Part shown: piece after piece, positions 20,091 to 31,064 of the stretch
How the letters are laid out: every line of letters starts with the position of its first letter
Position numbering within the stretch: the first letter of the stretch is position 1
Source of the DNA: Spirochaetota bacterium
GTDB lineage: Bacteria; Spirochaetota; UBA4802; UB4802
DNA length: 64,000 bases
Direction of reading: 5' to 3'
Assembly: GCA_029907515.1 (NCBI GenBank)
Contig: JARYLT010000002.1
Location: 14,343 to 78,342 of the forward strand
The notes under the pieces: model-generated
The model's input: the letters and a program-made list of their open reading frames with translations, nothing else
What the model was told of the DNA's origin: nothing
Databases searched by the model: none
Translations under genes and position numbers: made by a program

Positions 20091-20627
20091 ATGATAATGC
20101 AATCACTCAGATACTACCGCGAACTTATACAAAAAATTGATGCATTTACTGAGTCTGTTATTTCAACGTATGGCAACCAATTACATTGCAGAGAGGGCTG
20201 CAGCAGTTGTTGCATACTGGAAAGTATAATGCCTGTTGAACTTGTGCCCATAGTACAATGGTATGTAACACAACCTGAATCAATAAAAATTATAATTAAA
20301 CAAGAAAACTCTCATTCCTGCATATTTTTGCAAAACAATAGCTGTATCATCTATCCTGTAAGACCTGTAATTTGCAGAACCCATGGATACCCGGTTTTAA
20401 TACGTAACAGTGTTGATATATGCCCATTAAATAATGGGATACACTTTGAGCCACAGTATATTCTCAATTTAGAGAACTGTAACACAATGCTTGCAGCTAT
20501 TAATATTTTATTTATTAAGGAAGTACAAATTCCTTCATTACAGACAGAACGCATTAACCTACGGACGTTTTTTCAAAGCCCTGAATCCGATATCCTTTCT
20601 ATAGTGCATACCCTCAAAGGATACTGA
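20091..20627 (+). CDS. YkgJ family cysteine-cluster protein
   Basis: CREGCSSCC, CIFL, CIIYPVRPVICR. Confidence 0.85.
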   Translation: MIMQSLRYYRELIQKIDAFTESVISTYGNQLHCREGCSSCCILESIMPVELVPIVQWYVTQPESIKIIIKQENSHSCIFLQNNSCIIYPVRPVICRTHGYPVLIRNSVDICPLNNGIHFEPQYILNLENCNTMLAAINILFIKEVQIPSLQTERINLRTFFQSPESDILSIVHTLKGY

Positions 20628-21809
20628 TGGTATAGCATTATATACTTTATCGTAGGCGTCTTCCAAACTGTCAGCTATCGCTGTAATATTAAGCACTCTT
20701 CCTCCACTGGTAAGTAACTGTCCATCCCGTCTTGTACCTGCATGAAAAACAAGGATATCCTCAGGCAACTGTTCCAATCCTGTAATTGGCAAACCTGTTT
20801 TATATGAGCCGGGGTAGCCACCTGAAGCAAGTACCACTGTAATTGCATGCTTATTTCTAAATGAAAGATTCATACTGGAAAGTTTCCCACTGATAGCTGC
20901 CTGTATACAATCACCCAATTTGCCGTTTATCAGCGGTAACAGGACCTGTGTTTCGGGATCGCCAAATCGGACATTGAATTCCAGTACTTTAATATCATGT
21001 CCTTTAATTATTAAACCTGCATACAGTATCCCAACAAAAGGCATACCCTCATTTTTCATGCCCAGAATCACCGGTTGAAGAATTTCCCGGTGCACCCTTT
21101 CCAGTATCCTGCTGGTAACCACTGGAGCCGGTGCATATGCACCCATACCACCTGTGTTTGGCCCTTCATCATTATCATATACCCGCTTATGGTCCTGGGC
21201 AGCAATAAACGGTAACACTGTTGTACCGTCACTGATCCCCAGAACAGATGCTTCTTCACCATCGCAAAAATCCTCAACAAAAACTTTTGCATCATCTTTA
21301 ACCATTTCATGAATAAACTGCAGTGCAGTCTCTCTATCCCGGCACACTCCCACACCCTTTCCCGCAGCAAGCCCATCTAACTTTATTACTACCGGAAATA
21401 CTGCTGAAGATTCAATATAGCCTATGAGTGATTCTTTACCTTTAAATTCTCTGAAATGAGCTGTCGGCACATTATATTTTTGCATGATATACTTTGCAAA
21501 AAGCTTGCTCCCTTCTAGTTGGGCAGCCTGAGCTGTTGGACCAAATACTGGTATACCTCTATTTTGTAAAAAATCAACTACTCCATCAACAAGAGGAGCT
21601 TCAGGCCCAATTATAACAATATCAATATTTTTTTGTTTGCAGATAGTGTATAATGATTCAAAATCATTCACGGCAACCTGAACCCGGAATCTTTCATCAA
21701 TACCACCATTACCTGGTGCAACATATACTTCACTGGCACTTCCATCATGAATGAGTCTCCATGCAATGGCATGTTCACGCCCACCAGACCCTACTACTAA
21801 ATATCTCAT
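20559..21809 (-). CDS. purD: Phosphoribosylamine--glycine ligase
   Basis: GSGGREHA, GPEAPL, QDHKR, GPNTGGMGAY, EFNVRFGDPE. Confidence 0.97.
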   Translation of the reverse strand: MRYLVVGSGGREHAIAWRLIHDGSASEVYVAPGNGGIDERFRVQVAVNDFESLYTICKQKNIDIVIIGPEAPLVDGVVDFLQNRGIPVFGPTAQAAQLEGSKLFAKYIMQKYNVPTAHFREFKGKESLIGYIESSAVFPVVIKLDGLAAGKGVGVCRDRETALQFIHEMVKDDAKVFVEDFCDGEEASVLGISDGTTVLPFIAAQDHKRVYDNDEGPNTGGMGAYAPAPVVTSRILERVHREILQPVILGMKNEGMPFVGILYAGLIIKGHDIKVLEFNVRFGDPETQVLLPLINGKLGDCIQAAISGKLSSMNLSFRNKHAITVVLASGGYPGSYKTGLPITGLEQLPEDILVFHAGTRRDGQLLTSGGRVLNITAIADSLEDAYDKVYNAIPSVSFEGMHYRKDIGFRALKKRP

Positions 21810-21984
21810 TGATTCCTCCTGTTATATCCTGGTATTGTTGTAAACAAGAGATATAATTTTTCAATCATTTTATGTATACACCTTTCATGCGTACAATATT
21901 TTTTATATATTATAAGAATAATTCTTGAACTTACGTTATGTACAGTATATGAGATAACAACACCCTTATATAAGGAGGTTTGCT

Positions 21985-22860
21985 ATGCGCCTGAGTAATG
22001 AAGCAAAGGTTGGGCTTCTGGTTATGACAAGCTTTACGCTTTTTATTGTACTGGTTGGGCTGTTAACAAAATTTAATATTTCACAAAAAGGATACCGCTT
22101 ACATGTATATTTTGGATTTTTAAACGACCTTCGCGTTGGTGCCCCTGTTAAAATTGGTGGTGGAATCAAGATTGGATATGTCGATGAGATCCGCCAGACA
22201 GGGGAAAAAACTGACGTTATTCTGTGGATAGATAAGGGATATAGGTTATCAAAAGCAGCAACATTTTCAATCTTTACATCAGGCATGATTGGTGAAAAAT
22301 ATATTAATGTCGTCATTCCTCCTATGAGTGAGGATGTCGGTTTTCTTAACGACGGGGATATTAAGTATGGTATTGACCCCGCAAGCTTTGACCAGATGAT
22401 GCAGACATTCCAGAGCTTTATGCAGGATAAAAGTGGTGCCCAGATCCTTGCAGAGATATTTCAGAATTCAAATAAATTTGTGGCAAACTTAAATAAGATG
22501 GTTGATGAAAACCGTTATGATGTTCGGCAGTCAGTTGGTACCGCACGTGCGGCTATTGTAACTTTTTCCCAGCAATTGCAGCAATTCATGAATCAGATGA
22601 ATGTTATTTCAAAAAATATGGCATACATCTCTGAAAAAAACCGTGAAGATATTACCATTACATTACAAAATCTTTCTGAACTCACATCCAGCATGAATAA
22701 AATTGCATACCGTCTTGAAAAGGGCCGTGGAACAATGGGAAAGCTCCTTTATGATGAAGAAATTTATACCAACATACGTGATGCATCCATTTCAGCAAAA
22801 GAGCTTTTTTCAAGGCTTGAAAAAGATCCATCATTACTACTCTTTAAGCAGAAAAAATAA
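21985..22860 (+). CDS. MlaD/MCE family protein
   Basis: N-terminal TM, LRVGAPVKIGG..IGYV, GMIGEKYI, coiled-coil tail with GTMGKLL. Confidence 0.88.
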   Translation: MRLSNEAKVGLLVMTSFTLFIVLVGLLTKFNISQKGYRLHVYFGFLNDLRVGAPVKIGGGIKIGYVDEIRQTGEKTDVILWIDKGYRLSKAATFSIFTSGMIGEKYINVVIPPMSEDVGFLNDGDIKYGIDPASFDQMMQTFQSFMQDKSGAQILAEIFQNSNKFVANLNKMVDENRYDVRQSVGTARAAIVTFSQQLQQFMNQMNVISKNMAYISEKNREDITITLQNLSELTSSMNKIAYRLEKGRGTMGKLLYDEEIYTNIRDASISAKELFSRLEKDPSLLLFKQKK

Positions 22861-22862
22861 CA

Positions 22863-24212
22863 ATGCCTAAAAAACCAAAAACAATATTTATCTGCAATGA
22901 ATGCGGAGCAACATTCCAGAAATGGTTAGGGAAATGCCCGGAATGCAATACCTGGAATACTATCGTTGAAGAAATGCAGGATACTCCTGTTTTTAAAAAC
23001 GAAATACCCTTTGAAAATTCCATCCATCCCCTTTCGCAGGTACTATCAGAATCTGTTCAGCGCATACCAACAGGAATCGGCGAATTTGATCTGGTGTGTG
23101 GTGGAGGAGTAGTTCCCGGCTCCATTATCCTTCTGGGAGGCGAACCAGGTATAGGCAAATCAACATTAGCATTACAGGTAGCTCAGCATTGCACAACTCT
23201 GTACTGCTCCGGAGAAGAAACTCTGCAACAAATACATTTGCGATCACGCCGGCTTAATATAAAACCTGATTCAATCCATCTTTCCTCAGTTACTGATATT
23301 GACCATATTGAAGCACTCATACGCACTAACGCACCACAGCTGGTAATAATAGACTCTATCCAGACACTCTATTCAAAAGATATAACTTCACCTGTTGGTT
23401 CCGTAAGCCAGATTCGCTATACTGCTTCACGGCTTGCTGATATTGCAAAACAAACGCAAACCTCTATACTGCTAATCGGGCATATCACCAAGGATGGCTC
23501 CATTGCAGGTCCAAAAATACTGGAACATATTGTTGACACAGTACTCTACTTTGAGGGGGATTTTACGCGCGACTATCGCATATTACGCGCCTTTAAAAAC
23601 CGTTTTGGCTCAATTAATGAGATAGCATTATTTACCATGACAGCCACAGGATTAACAGAAGTAAAGGACAAGAACACATTATTTGTCCAATCGCATGATA
23701 CAAGCTTTCCGGGAAGCGTTATCAGTGCTACCATAGAGGGAACCAGAACCATTCTCTTCGAAGCACAATCGCTTGTTACTGCAACAAGCTTTTCAAACCC
23801 CCGCCGAATGGCAGATGGCTTTGATGTTAACAGGCTTAATCTGCTGGTAGCGGTCATTGAAAAACATGCAAAGATTTCATTAAGCTCATTTGACATATTT
23901 ATTAATGTTGCAGGTGGATTTGCCATCGATGATACATCATGTGACCTTGCAATTGCCGCCGCCATTATATCCAGTTTAAAAAATATAGTTATTCCCCATT
24001 CTTGTGGCATCATTGGCGAATTATCACTTTCCGGACAGGTTCGTTCCGCAAGTCATTCATTACGCCGGCTTACAGAATTTGTAAATTCAGGAATAACCAC
24101 CATTCTGTTACCTCGCAACAATGTATCTGAGGTTTCAAATACAGGCTTTACAGGAACACTCATACCTTTAACTACTATCGCAGAGCTTACACAAATTTTA
24201 CAGCGTCTTTAA
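22863..24212 (+). CDS. radA: DNA repair protein RadA/Sms
   Basis: C4 zinc finger, GEPGIGKST, KNRFG motif. Confidence 0.96.
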   Translation: MPKKPKTIFICNECGATFQKWLGKCPECNTWNTIVEEMQDTPVFKNEIPFENSIHPLSQVLSESVQRIPTGIGEFDLVCGGGVVPGSIILLGGEPGIGKSTLALQVAQHCTTLYCSGEETLQQIHLRSRRLNIKPDSIHLSSVTDIDHIEALIRTNAPQLVIIDSIQTLYSKDITSPVGSVSQIRYTASRLADIAKQTQTSILLIGHITKDGSIAGPKILEHIVDTVLYFEGDFTRDYRILRAFKNRFGSINEIALFTMTATGLTEVKDKNTLFVQSHDTSFPGSVISATIEGTRTILFEAQSLVTATSFSNPRRMADGFDVNRLNLLVAVIEKHAKISLSSFDIFINVAGGFAIDDTSCDLAIAAAIISSLKNIVIPHSCGIIGELSLSGQVRSASHSLRRLTEFVNSGITTILLPRNNVSEVSNTGFTGTLIPLTTIAELTQILQRL

Positions 24213-24347
24213 TTTTTTCAGTTGATTATTGAAACATTGTATGTAATACTTAAGCAAATAATTGAAATATAGTGCGCTCCATGCTATATCTTATATAACA
24301 CCACAACACTATAGAAAATATAATTCATTGACTCATAGAGGTACTAC

Positions 24348-25844
24348 ATGAAACCTAAAGATGGCTATTCAGCTGAAGAGCTTTTAAATTCCACTCAGGG
24401 GTTATCCTACAACGATTTTATCATATTACCGGGTTATATTGACTTTAACCCTGACGATGTTGATTTAGAAACACAATTTACCCGCAATCTTAAACTTAAA
24501 CGGCCTCTGGTATCAAGCCCCATGGACACTGTGACTGAATCAAAGATGGCTATCAGTTTGGCATTATTGGGGGGCATTGGGATCATCCATTACAACAATA
24601 CCATTGAAGAACAGGTTGCTCAGGTACGAAAAGTCAAACGATTTGAAAATGGATTCATTACTGATCCGGTTGTATTATCTCCCGAACATACTATCGCCCA
24701 TATTGATGAAATTAAGGAAAAATTTGGATTTTCAGGCATACCCATTACTGTTGATGGCAACTTGGGTTCTAAACTGGTAGGTATTGTTACCAACAGGGAT
24801 ATTGATTTTGAAACTGATAGGTCAAAAAAATTAAAAGATGTCATGACCACCGATCTTGTCACTGCAAAGGTAGGTATTACACTGGCACAGGCAAACGAGT
24901 TACTTAAAAAATCCAAAAAGGGCAAATTGCCGATAGTTGATGATGAAGGAAAGCTCGTTGCCCTCATGAGCCGCAATGACCTTGTAACCAACAGAGAATA
25001 TCCATTTGCATCAAAAGATACTAACAAGCAGCTTATGGTTGGGGCAGCCATTTCCACCAAGGATGAATCAAAAGAGCGATTACAGGAACTTGTAAAAGCT
25101 GGAGTCAATGTTGTGGTCATAGATGCAGCACAGGGTAACTCTATATACCAGATAGAAATGATTAAATATATTAAAAAGAAATACCCAGAACTTGATGTCA
25201 TTGCAGGTAATGTTGTCACCATTGAGCAATGCGAAAACCTGATAAAGGCAGGGGCAGATGCTCTGCGCATTGGCATGGGCCCTGGCTCAATCTGTACCAC
25301 ACAGGTGACTATGGCAGTTGGACGCGCACAATCAACGGCTGTGTATCGATGCAGCAAGTTTGCAAAACAATACAATATACCAACAATAGCCGACGGCGGT
25401 ATTGCCACAATAGGGCACATAGCCAAGGCACTTGCGCTGGGTGCATCAACTGCAATGATGGGGTCAATGTTTGCCGGCACCGAAGAAGCACCTGGCGAAT
25501 ATTTTTATGAAAATGGCGTTCGCCTTAAACGGTATCGTGGCATGGCATCACTGGAAGCAATGGAAAAAGGCGGTTCAAAGCGCTATTTTGCCGAAGACTC
25601 AAAGATACTTGTTGCACAGGGAGTTTCTGGCGCGGTAGTTGATAAAGGCTCAATGTTTGATTATGTGCCATATCTGGTACAGGGATTGAAACACGCATTT
25701 CAGGATATGGGTGTACGCACTATTAAAGAGCTTCACGAAAAGCTATACAAAGAAGAGCTTCGCTTTGAATTGCGTTCGCTGTCAGCCCAGATCGAAGGTG
25801 GTGTGCATACCATTTATTCGTATAAAGAACCCAAGTATCTGTAG
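24348..25844 (+). CDS. guaB: IMP dehydrogenase (eukaryote-type sequence)
   Basis: [12 protein letters not shown] pair, GPGSICTT catalytic Cys, YRGM, AQGVSG. Confidence 0.97.
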   Translation: MKPKDGYSAEELLNSTQGLSYNDFIILPGYIDFNPDDVDLETQFTRNLKLKRPLVSSPMDTVTESKMAISLALLGGIGIIHYNNTIEEQVAQVRKVKRFENGFITDPVVLSPEHTIAHIDEIKEKFGFSGIPITVDGNLGSKLVGIVTNRDIDFETDRSKKLKDVMTTDLVTAKVGITLAQANELLKKSKKGKLPIVDDEGKLVALMSRNDLVTNREYPFASKDTNKQLMVGAAISTKDESKERLQELVKAGVNVVVIDAAQGNSIYQIEMIKYIKKKYPELDVIAGNVVTIEQCENLIKAGADALRIGMGPGSICTTQVTMAVGRAQSTAVYRCSKFAKQYNIPTIADGGIATIGHIAKALALGASTAMMGSMFAGTEEAPGEYFYENGVRLKRYRGMASLEAMEKGGSKRYFAEDSKILVAQGVSGAVVDKGSMFDYVPYLVQGLKHAFQDMGVRTIKELHEKLYKEELRFELRSLSAQIEGGVHTIYSYKEPKYL

Positions 25845-25847
25845 CCT

Positions 25848-26507
25848 TCATATTACTGATGTGATAATCCGTATAATGTCTCCGGGCGTATTGGCAATTG
25901 CATGAGGATGATGCTGCAAAAGCAACGCAACAGGTCTGTACCCCCAGCTCACTCCTATACTGTACATACCACATGCATGAGCCATTTCAACATCCGTAGC
26001 CGAATCACCAATCATGGCAATCTGCGATGGCTCTAATTGCATGGTGTGGGCAATAAGCAGTGCGCCATGCGGGTCAGGTTTACGTGGTATGGAATCCTGC
26101 AAACCTAAAATTGTGCTGAATGCAATATCAGGAAAATAGTATTTAACCATTTCTACAGTAAACTCATGCGATTTATTTGAAAAAACGGAAATTTTTATTT
26201 TTTTGTGCGATAGTTCCTTTAAAAGGTCATGCACTCCTGAATATGGTTTTGTTTCACTGTTCCAGTTTTTTGCATACTCATCTTTCAATTCGGAAACAAG
26301 TTTTGTAATCTCTTTATCTGAACAAGTTTCCCCAACCGCACGCTGAATGAGCATTGCCATGCCATCGCCAATAAACTGTTTATATGCCTCTACCGGATGT
26401 GTGCGATACCCATAGCGTAACAGGACATTATTAACACTGTATGCCAGATCAGCTATAGTATCCAGAAGTGTCCCATCCAGGTCAAATATGACTCCATCAA
26501 TTCCCAT
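25848..26507 (-). CDS. HAD-IA hydrolase (phosphoglycolate phosphatase-like)
   Basis: DLDGTL, SNK, KPDP, IGDSATD; start placed at MGIDG just after the SDR stop. Confidence 0.9.
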   Translation of the reverse strand: MGIDGVIFDLDGTLLDTIADLAYSVNNVLLRYGYRTHPVEAYKQFIGDGMAMLIQRAVGETCSDKEITKLVSELKDEYAKNWNSETKPYSGVHDLLKELSHKKIKISVFSNKSHEFTVEMVKYYFPDIAFSTILGLQDSIPRKPDPHGALLIAHTMQLEPSQIAMIGDSATDVEMAHACGMYSIGVSWGYRPVALLLQHHPHAIANTPGDIIRIITSVI

Positions 26508-26512
26508 GGTAA

Positions 26513-27286
26513 TTATTTGCTCTCTGATGATGCAAGCCACTTTTTAAATTTATACTGCTCAACTTTAGCATAGCACCACAGGGCAAATGGTAGAATTCTG
26601 TTTACAATCATCATGCCTCTAAATATTTTTGAAGGGAACACATATCGTTTATTTTTCAGTATCCCTTTAACAACTTCTTGAGCAACTTTTTGAGGTGTTT
26701 GCGTGGGGAAAGGAACCGGCGTTCCTTTGCCTGCTGTTTTAAAAAATTCAGTTTTCGTTGCTATGGGATAAACCACTACAAGGTGAAAGTTTCTATCCTT
26801 TTCAAAATTAAATGAATAAGCAAACCCATCTAGAGCAGCTTTGGTAGCTGAATATAATGCATATCCCGGCAACGGTAGTTTTGCCATTGCCGAGGCAGTA
26901 AATACCATACATGCTTCTTTATCTTTATTTATCTCCATCATCTTTTCAAGAAAATAAATTGGGGCAATATAATTTACTGAAACTATTTTATGGATATGAT
27001 CGTAGTCAGCTTTTTGCAATTTTTCATAATAGGCAAAACCAGCATTCGCAATGCAGATATCTATTTTCCCCATAATGGAAAGTGCCTTCTTAAACAACAT
27101 GTCAATATCTTTCTGCTTACCAACATCACAGCGTACTGCTTTTATATTTTTATTTTGTGCAATAGCTTCAGGGTTTAGATCGCCAACCACAATTGTTGCA
27201 TTGTATTGTGTTAATTCTTCCAGCAATGCTTTCCCTATCCCGGATGATGCACCTGTTAATAGTATACATTTATTGCTAAGATCCAT
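26513..27286 (-). CDS. Short-chain dehydrogenase/reductase
   Basis: TGASSGIG, NAG, YSATK. Confidence 0.92.
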   Translation of the reverse strand: MDLSNKCILLTGASSGIGKALLEELTQYNATIVVGDLNPEAIAQNKNIKAVRCDVGKQKDIDMLFKKALSIMGKIDICIANAGFAYYEKLQKADYDHIHKIVSVNYIAPIYFLEKMMEINKDKEACMVFTASAMAKLPLPGYALYSATKAALDGFAYSFNFEKDRNFHLVVVYPIATKTEFFKTAGKGTPVPFPTQTPQKVAQEVVKGILKNKRYVFPSKIFRGMMIVNRILPFALWCYAKVEQYKFKKWLASSESK

Positions 27287-27445
27287 CCTGTACCTCTCTG
27301 CAAGATTTTTCAAATTTATCTTAAAAATATAGTAGAACTCTAATATTGCAAGAATATTTCATTGCTACAGTAAACCCATTACAATTTTGCTACTTGACAA
27401 TTTTCATACAGTCTTTACAATCTTTGAGGAATTTATGGTAGTGTC

Positions 27446-28051
27446 ATGATTAAGCCACTGAAAACTATTGAAAAACTTAAAAACGGCCAGGCTGTCACCA
27501 TAGTTGCTTTAGGTGATTCATTAACCTATGGATGGATGGTTGATAAGGGATATATTGATTATTTCCATGATTTCTTACAATCACAGTATCCAAATGCTTC
27601 AATAAAAATAATCAATAAAGGTATACCAGGCGACACAGCTGACGGCGGGTTGCATCGTGTTTCGTATGATGTCATTTCGTACAATCCCGATTGTGTGCTT
27701 ATACAGTTTGCTTTGAATGATTACGCATGTGGATATTCACCACATGTATTTGGTAACTATATACGGGCAATAATCAATGCTATTCAGGCACGATTGCCAT
27801 CTGATATAGTGCTGGTTACTTCTGTGTGGTTTGGGGATTTTCCTGAAGCAAAAAACGCATATAAATTATACGAAACAATACAATCTATTGCTGATGACTA
27901 TAAGCTGCCTGTATCAAAGACACATGAATACTGGAAAAACGCTGTTAACAAGGGCACACCATTACAGGAACTTGTACAGTTTGATGGTGTACACCCAACC
28001 GAAGAAGGCTACTATATCATGGCACGTGCATTACAGGATTTATTCAGCTAA
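27446..28051 (+). CDS. SGNH/GDSL hydrolase
   Basis: GDSLT, GIPGDT, ALND, DGVHP. Confidence 0.92.
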   Translation: MIKPLKTIEKLKNGQAVTIVALGDSLTYGWMVDKGYIDYFHDFLQSQYPNASIKIINKGIPGDTADGGLHRVSYDVISYNPDCVLIQFALNDYACGYSPHVFGNYIRAIINAIQARLPSDIVLVTSVWFGDFPEAKNAYKLYETIQSIADDYKLPVSKTHEYWKNAVNKGTPLQELVQFDGVHPTEEGYYIMARALQDLFS

Positions 28052-29318
28052 ACGGATATACTATTATACCATTGCAGATGGTATATTCAACCTGGCCAAA
28101 AAGCTCTCTTCCCATAAATGGCGTATTCTTACATCGCGAAATAATAAAATCGTCATTAACATTAATTTTTTTATCAGGATTGATAATCGTAATATCAGCA
28201 ACTCCGCCTTCTTTGATATACCCTCTGTCAATGCCAAGAATCTTACAGGGATTGACAGTAACTTTTTCAAATGCCTGTATAAAGTTAAACCCGTTCCCCT
28301 TAATAAGGACAGTAATAATTAATGGCACTGCAGTTTCAAGACCTATAATTCCAAATGGTGCAAATGCTATTTCCTGCATCTTTTCATTGGGAAGATGAGG
28401 CGCATGGTCTGTGGCAATGACTTCTATTAAGCCATTGCGCAACGCTTCAATAATTGCCTTTCTATCTTCTTCCGTACGCAATGGCGGATTCATCTTTGCC
28501 ATGGAAAGATGTTCTGCTATGGCATCATCCGTCAGAGAAAAATAATGCGGTGCTGTCTCACACGTCACCTGAATGTTGTTTCGTTTGGCCATGGTAATAA
28601 TATCCAGTGAACCTTTAGATGAAACATGAGCTACATGCAACCTCCCTTTTGTGAGGCGTGTAAGCAATACATCGCGCGCAATCATAATTTCTTCAGCTTC
28701 ACGGGGGATTCCTTTCAAACCCAAAAAGATTGAATTGTTTCCTTCGTTCATGATCCCACCGCTTGACAATGTGATATCCTCTGCATGCGTTATAATAGGG
28801 ACATTAAACATCCGCGAATACTCTAATGCACGTCGCATGGTAGTTGAGTTCATAACGGGTTTGCCATCATCGCTGAATGCTATTGCACCACCTTCAACCA
28901 GCTCACCCATCTCCGTTAATTCTTCACCCATTGAACCTTTTGTTATGGCTGCAACTGGAAATACATTAATTGGTCCAGATTCTGCCTGTTTTTTTATGTA
29001 TCGCACCAGCGCCTGATTATCAATTACAGGATTTGTATTTGGCATGGTACATACACTGGTGTACCCTGATTTAGCTGCAACCCTGGAGCCACCGATAATA
29101 GTTTCAACATCCTCACGGCCGGGCTCTCTGAAATGTACATGCATATCTACCAATCCAGGAACCACAATGCAATCCTTTGCATTAATGAGCTGTGCATCAT
29201 CCTTTTTAATATTCTTATCTATTTTTACTATTTTGCCATCTGCAATAAAAACATCAAATTCTTCATCAGTGTTAGAAGCAGGGTCAATTAATCTTCCATA
29301 TTTAATTAACAATTTCAT
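28044..29318 (-). CDS. pyrC: Dihydroorotase (type I)
   Basis: DMHVHFREPG, MPNTNP, KMNPPLR, ATDHAPH; coupled to pyrB. Confidence 0.95.
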   Translation of the reverse strand: MKLLIKYGRLIDPASNTDEEFDVFIADGKIVKIDKNIKKDDAQLINAKDCIVVPGLVDMHVHFREPGREDVETIIGGSRVAAKSGYTSVCTMPNTNPVIDNQALVRYIKKQAESGPINVFPVAAITKGSMGEELTEMGELVEGGAIAFSDDGKPVMNSTTMRRALEYSRMFNVPIITHAEDITLSSGGIMNEGNNSIFLGLKGIPREAEEIMIARDVLLTRLTKGRLHVAHVSSKGSLDIITMAKRNNIQVTCETAPHYFSLTDDAIAEHLSMAKMNPPLRTEEDRKAIIEALRNGLIEVIATDHAPHLPNEKMQEIAFAPFGIIGLETAVPLIITVLIKGNGFNFIQAFEKVTVNPCKILGIDRGYIKEGGVADITIINPDKKINVNDDFIISRCKNTPFMGRELFGQVEYTICNGIIVYPFS

Positions 29319-30265
29319 TACTCAACCTCTTTCTCATCCAGGGGAGCTCCACCTGCAAGAAGATAAAAAATAGCCATCCTCACTGCTACCCCATTAGTGA
29401 CCTGCTCATTTATTATTGAATGGGAACTATCGGCCACTTCATCGTCTATTTCAATACCCCGGTTAATTGGTCCAGGATGCATCACAATCACATCCTTCTT
29501 ACATCGTTTAAGCCGTTCATTAGTTAACGCAAAGCGCTTATGGTATTCCCGTATTGAAGGGAAAAATGACCCCTGTTGGCGTTCACGTTGTATTCGTAAC
29601 ATGTTAATAACATCAAGTTCAGGAAGTATTTCATCAAACTCATAATAAATATCAACACCATATATCTTGAATTCATCAGGAACCAGCGTTGGGGGGCCAA
29701 TCAGGCTAACCTTTGCTCCCAACCGCTTAAAAATCTCAATATCAGAACGAGCAACACGTGAATGAAGAATATCACCCACTATCCCTATGTGCAACCCTTT
29801 GATACTGCCCACTATTTCCATCAGTGAATACGCATCAAGAAGAGCCTGCGTTGGATGAGCATGGTTGCCATCTCCTGCATTAATAACCGATGATTTTATA
29901 TTACGAGATAAAAAATGCGGCGCTAATGACGCCGCATGTCGCATAACAATAAAATCTGCTTTATACGCTTCCAGCGTATGCACAGTATCAATCAGGGATT
30001 CCCCTTTAACCACACTTGATGTTTGCACCGCAATATTGATTAAATCTGCTGACAGACGTTTTGCTGCCAGCTCAAAACTTATACGGGTGCGTGTTGAGGG
30101 CTCATAGAATAAAAGGCACACCGTCTTACCGCGTAAAACTGGCACTGTTTTAATTGACCGTGTAAAAAGGGCTTTGAAATATTTTGCAGAATTACAAATT
30201 AATAAAATTTCCTCGGTAGTTAATGATTGTATATCAAGTAAGTCTTTCCTTTGTAAACCACTCAT
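29318..30265 (-). CDS. pyrB: Aspartate carbamoyltransferase catalytic subunit
   Basis: FYEPSTRT, HPTQALLD, HSRVARS, RIQRER, HPGP. Confidence 0.97.
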   Translation of the reverse strand: MSGLQRKDLLDIQSLTTEEILLICNSAKYFKALFTRSIKTVPVLRGKTVCLLFYEPSTRTRISFELAAKRLSADLINIAVQTSSVVKGESLIDTVHTLEAYKADFIVMRHAASLAPHFLSRNIKSSVINAGDGNHAHPTQALLDAYSLMEIVGSIKGLHIGIVGDILHSRVARSDIEIFKRLGAKVSLIGPPTLVPDEFKIYGVDIYYEFDEILPELDVINMLRIQRERQQGSFFPSIREYHKRFALTNERLKRCKKDVIVMHPGPINRGIEIDDEVADSSHSIINEQVTNGVAVRMAIFYLLAGGAPLDEKEVE

Positions 30266-30409
30266 ATCCTGTATTACCTTTTCTTGTTATATATCATCCC
30301 AAATGGCATAAATAATTTCAATAATTTTTTTAAATATATTTTTGATTGAACTATTATATATGTACTGCACACTTGTAACCTGTGTGTATATTCTAAAAAA
30401 GGAGAATAT

Positions 30410-31063
30410 ATGAGCGACTATATTGCCTTTTATGACCTTGATCATACCATACTTGCATCAAGTTCAGGAACACTCATCGTCAGGGACCTTTACAAAAGGG
30501 GTATGGTATCATTATTATCTCTTATCAATGGTATGCTACTTTCACTGCTCTATAAATCTGGCATTATCAATACACAATCATTGATACTGCATTGGGTTGA
30601 ACGATTAAAAGGAATGGAGGCCAAAACCATAGAACAGTATTCTGAAATATTCTTTGAAGAGACAGTTAAACATTACATTTATCCTCAGGCTCTTGAATCA
30701 ATATATATGCATAAAGCTAAAGGAGCATCCATTGTATTACTTTCGGCATCACTGGATTTTATATGTAAACCGATAATGAAGCATCTTCACTTTGATGATG
30801 TTCTGTGTACTGAACTTGAAGTACATAATGGTTACTATACCGGGTCAATACAAGGCAATTACTGTTATGGGATAGAAAAACGTAACCGCGCTATACAGTT
30901 TTGCACAGATCATAACATCGATATCAAATCTGCCTATTACTATGCTGATTCTGTTGCTGATATACCTGTTCTGGAAGCGGTTGGATTTCCTCAATGTGTT
31001 AATCCACAGCCTGCCTTACTGAAGCTAGCTCACGTAAAAGGATGGCCTGTCCACAGGTGGTGA
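30410..31063 (+). CDS. HAD-IB hydrolase (SerB-like)
   Basis: DLDHT, LSAS, K, YADSVAD, VNP. Confidence 0.9.
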   Translation: MSDYIAFYDLDHTILASSSGTLIVRDLYKRGMVSLLSLINGMLLSLLYKSGIINTQSLILHWVERLKGMEAKTIEQYSEIFFEETVKHYIYPQALESIYMHKAKGASIVLLSASLDFICKPIMKHLHFDDVLCTELEVHNGYYTGSIQGNYCYGIEKRNRAIQFCTDHNIDIKSAYYYADSVADIPVLEAVGFPQCVNPQPALLKLAHVKGWPVHRW

Positions 31064-31064
31064 T

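Noticed and set aside
24620-25480. 286-aa antisense ORF inside guaB, and similar shadows in fadH, gyrA, dnaN and leuS
   Set aside because: Codon-mirrored antisense frames of well-conserved genes; no motifs or RBS
30266-30409. PyrR-type attenuator upstream of pyrBC
   Set aside because: No PyrR-binding motif or terminator/antiterminator hairpins visible; no pyrR gene adjacent
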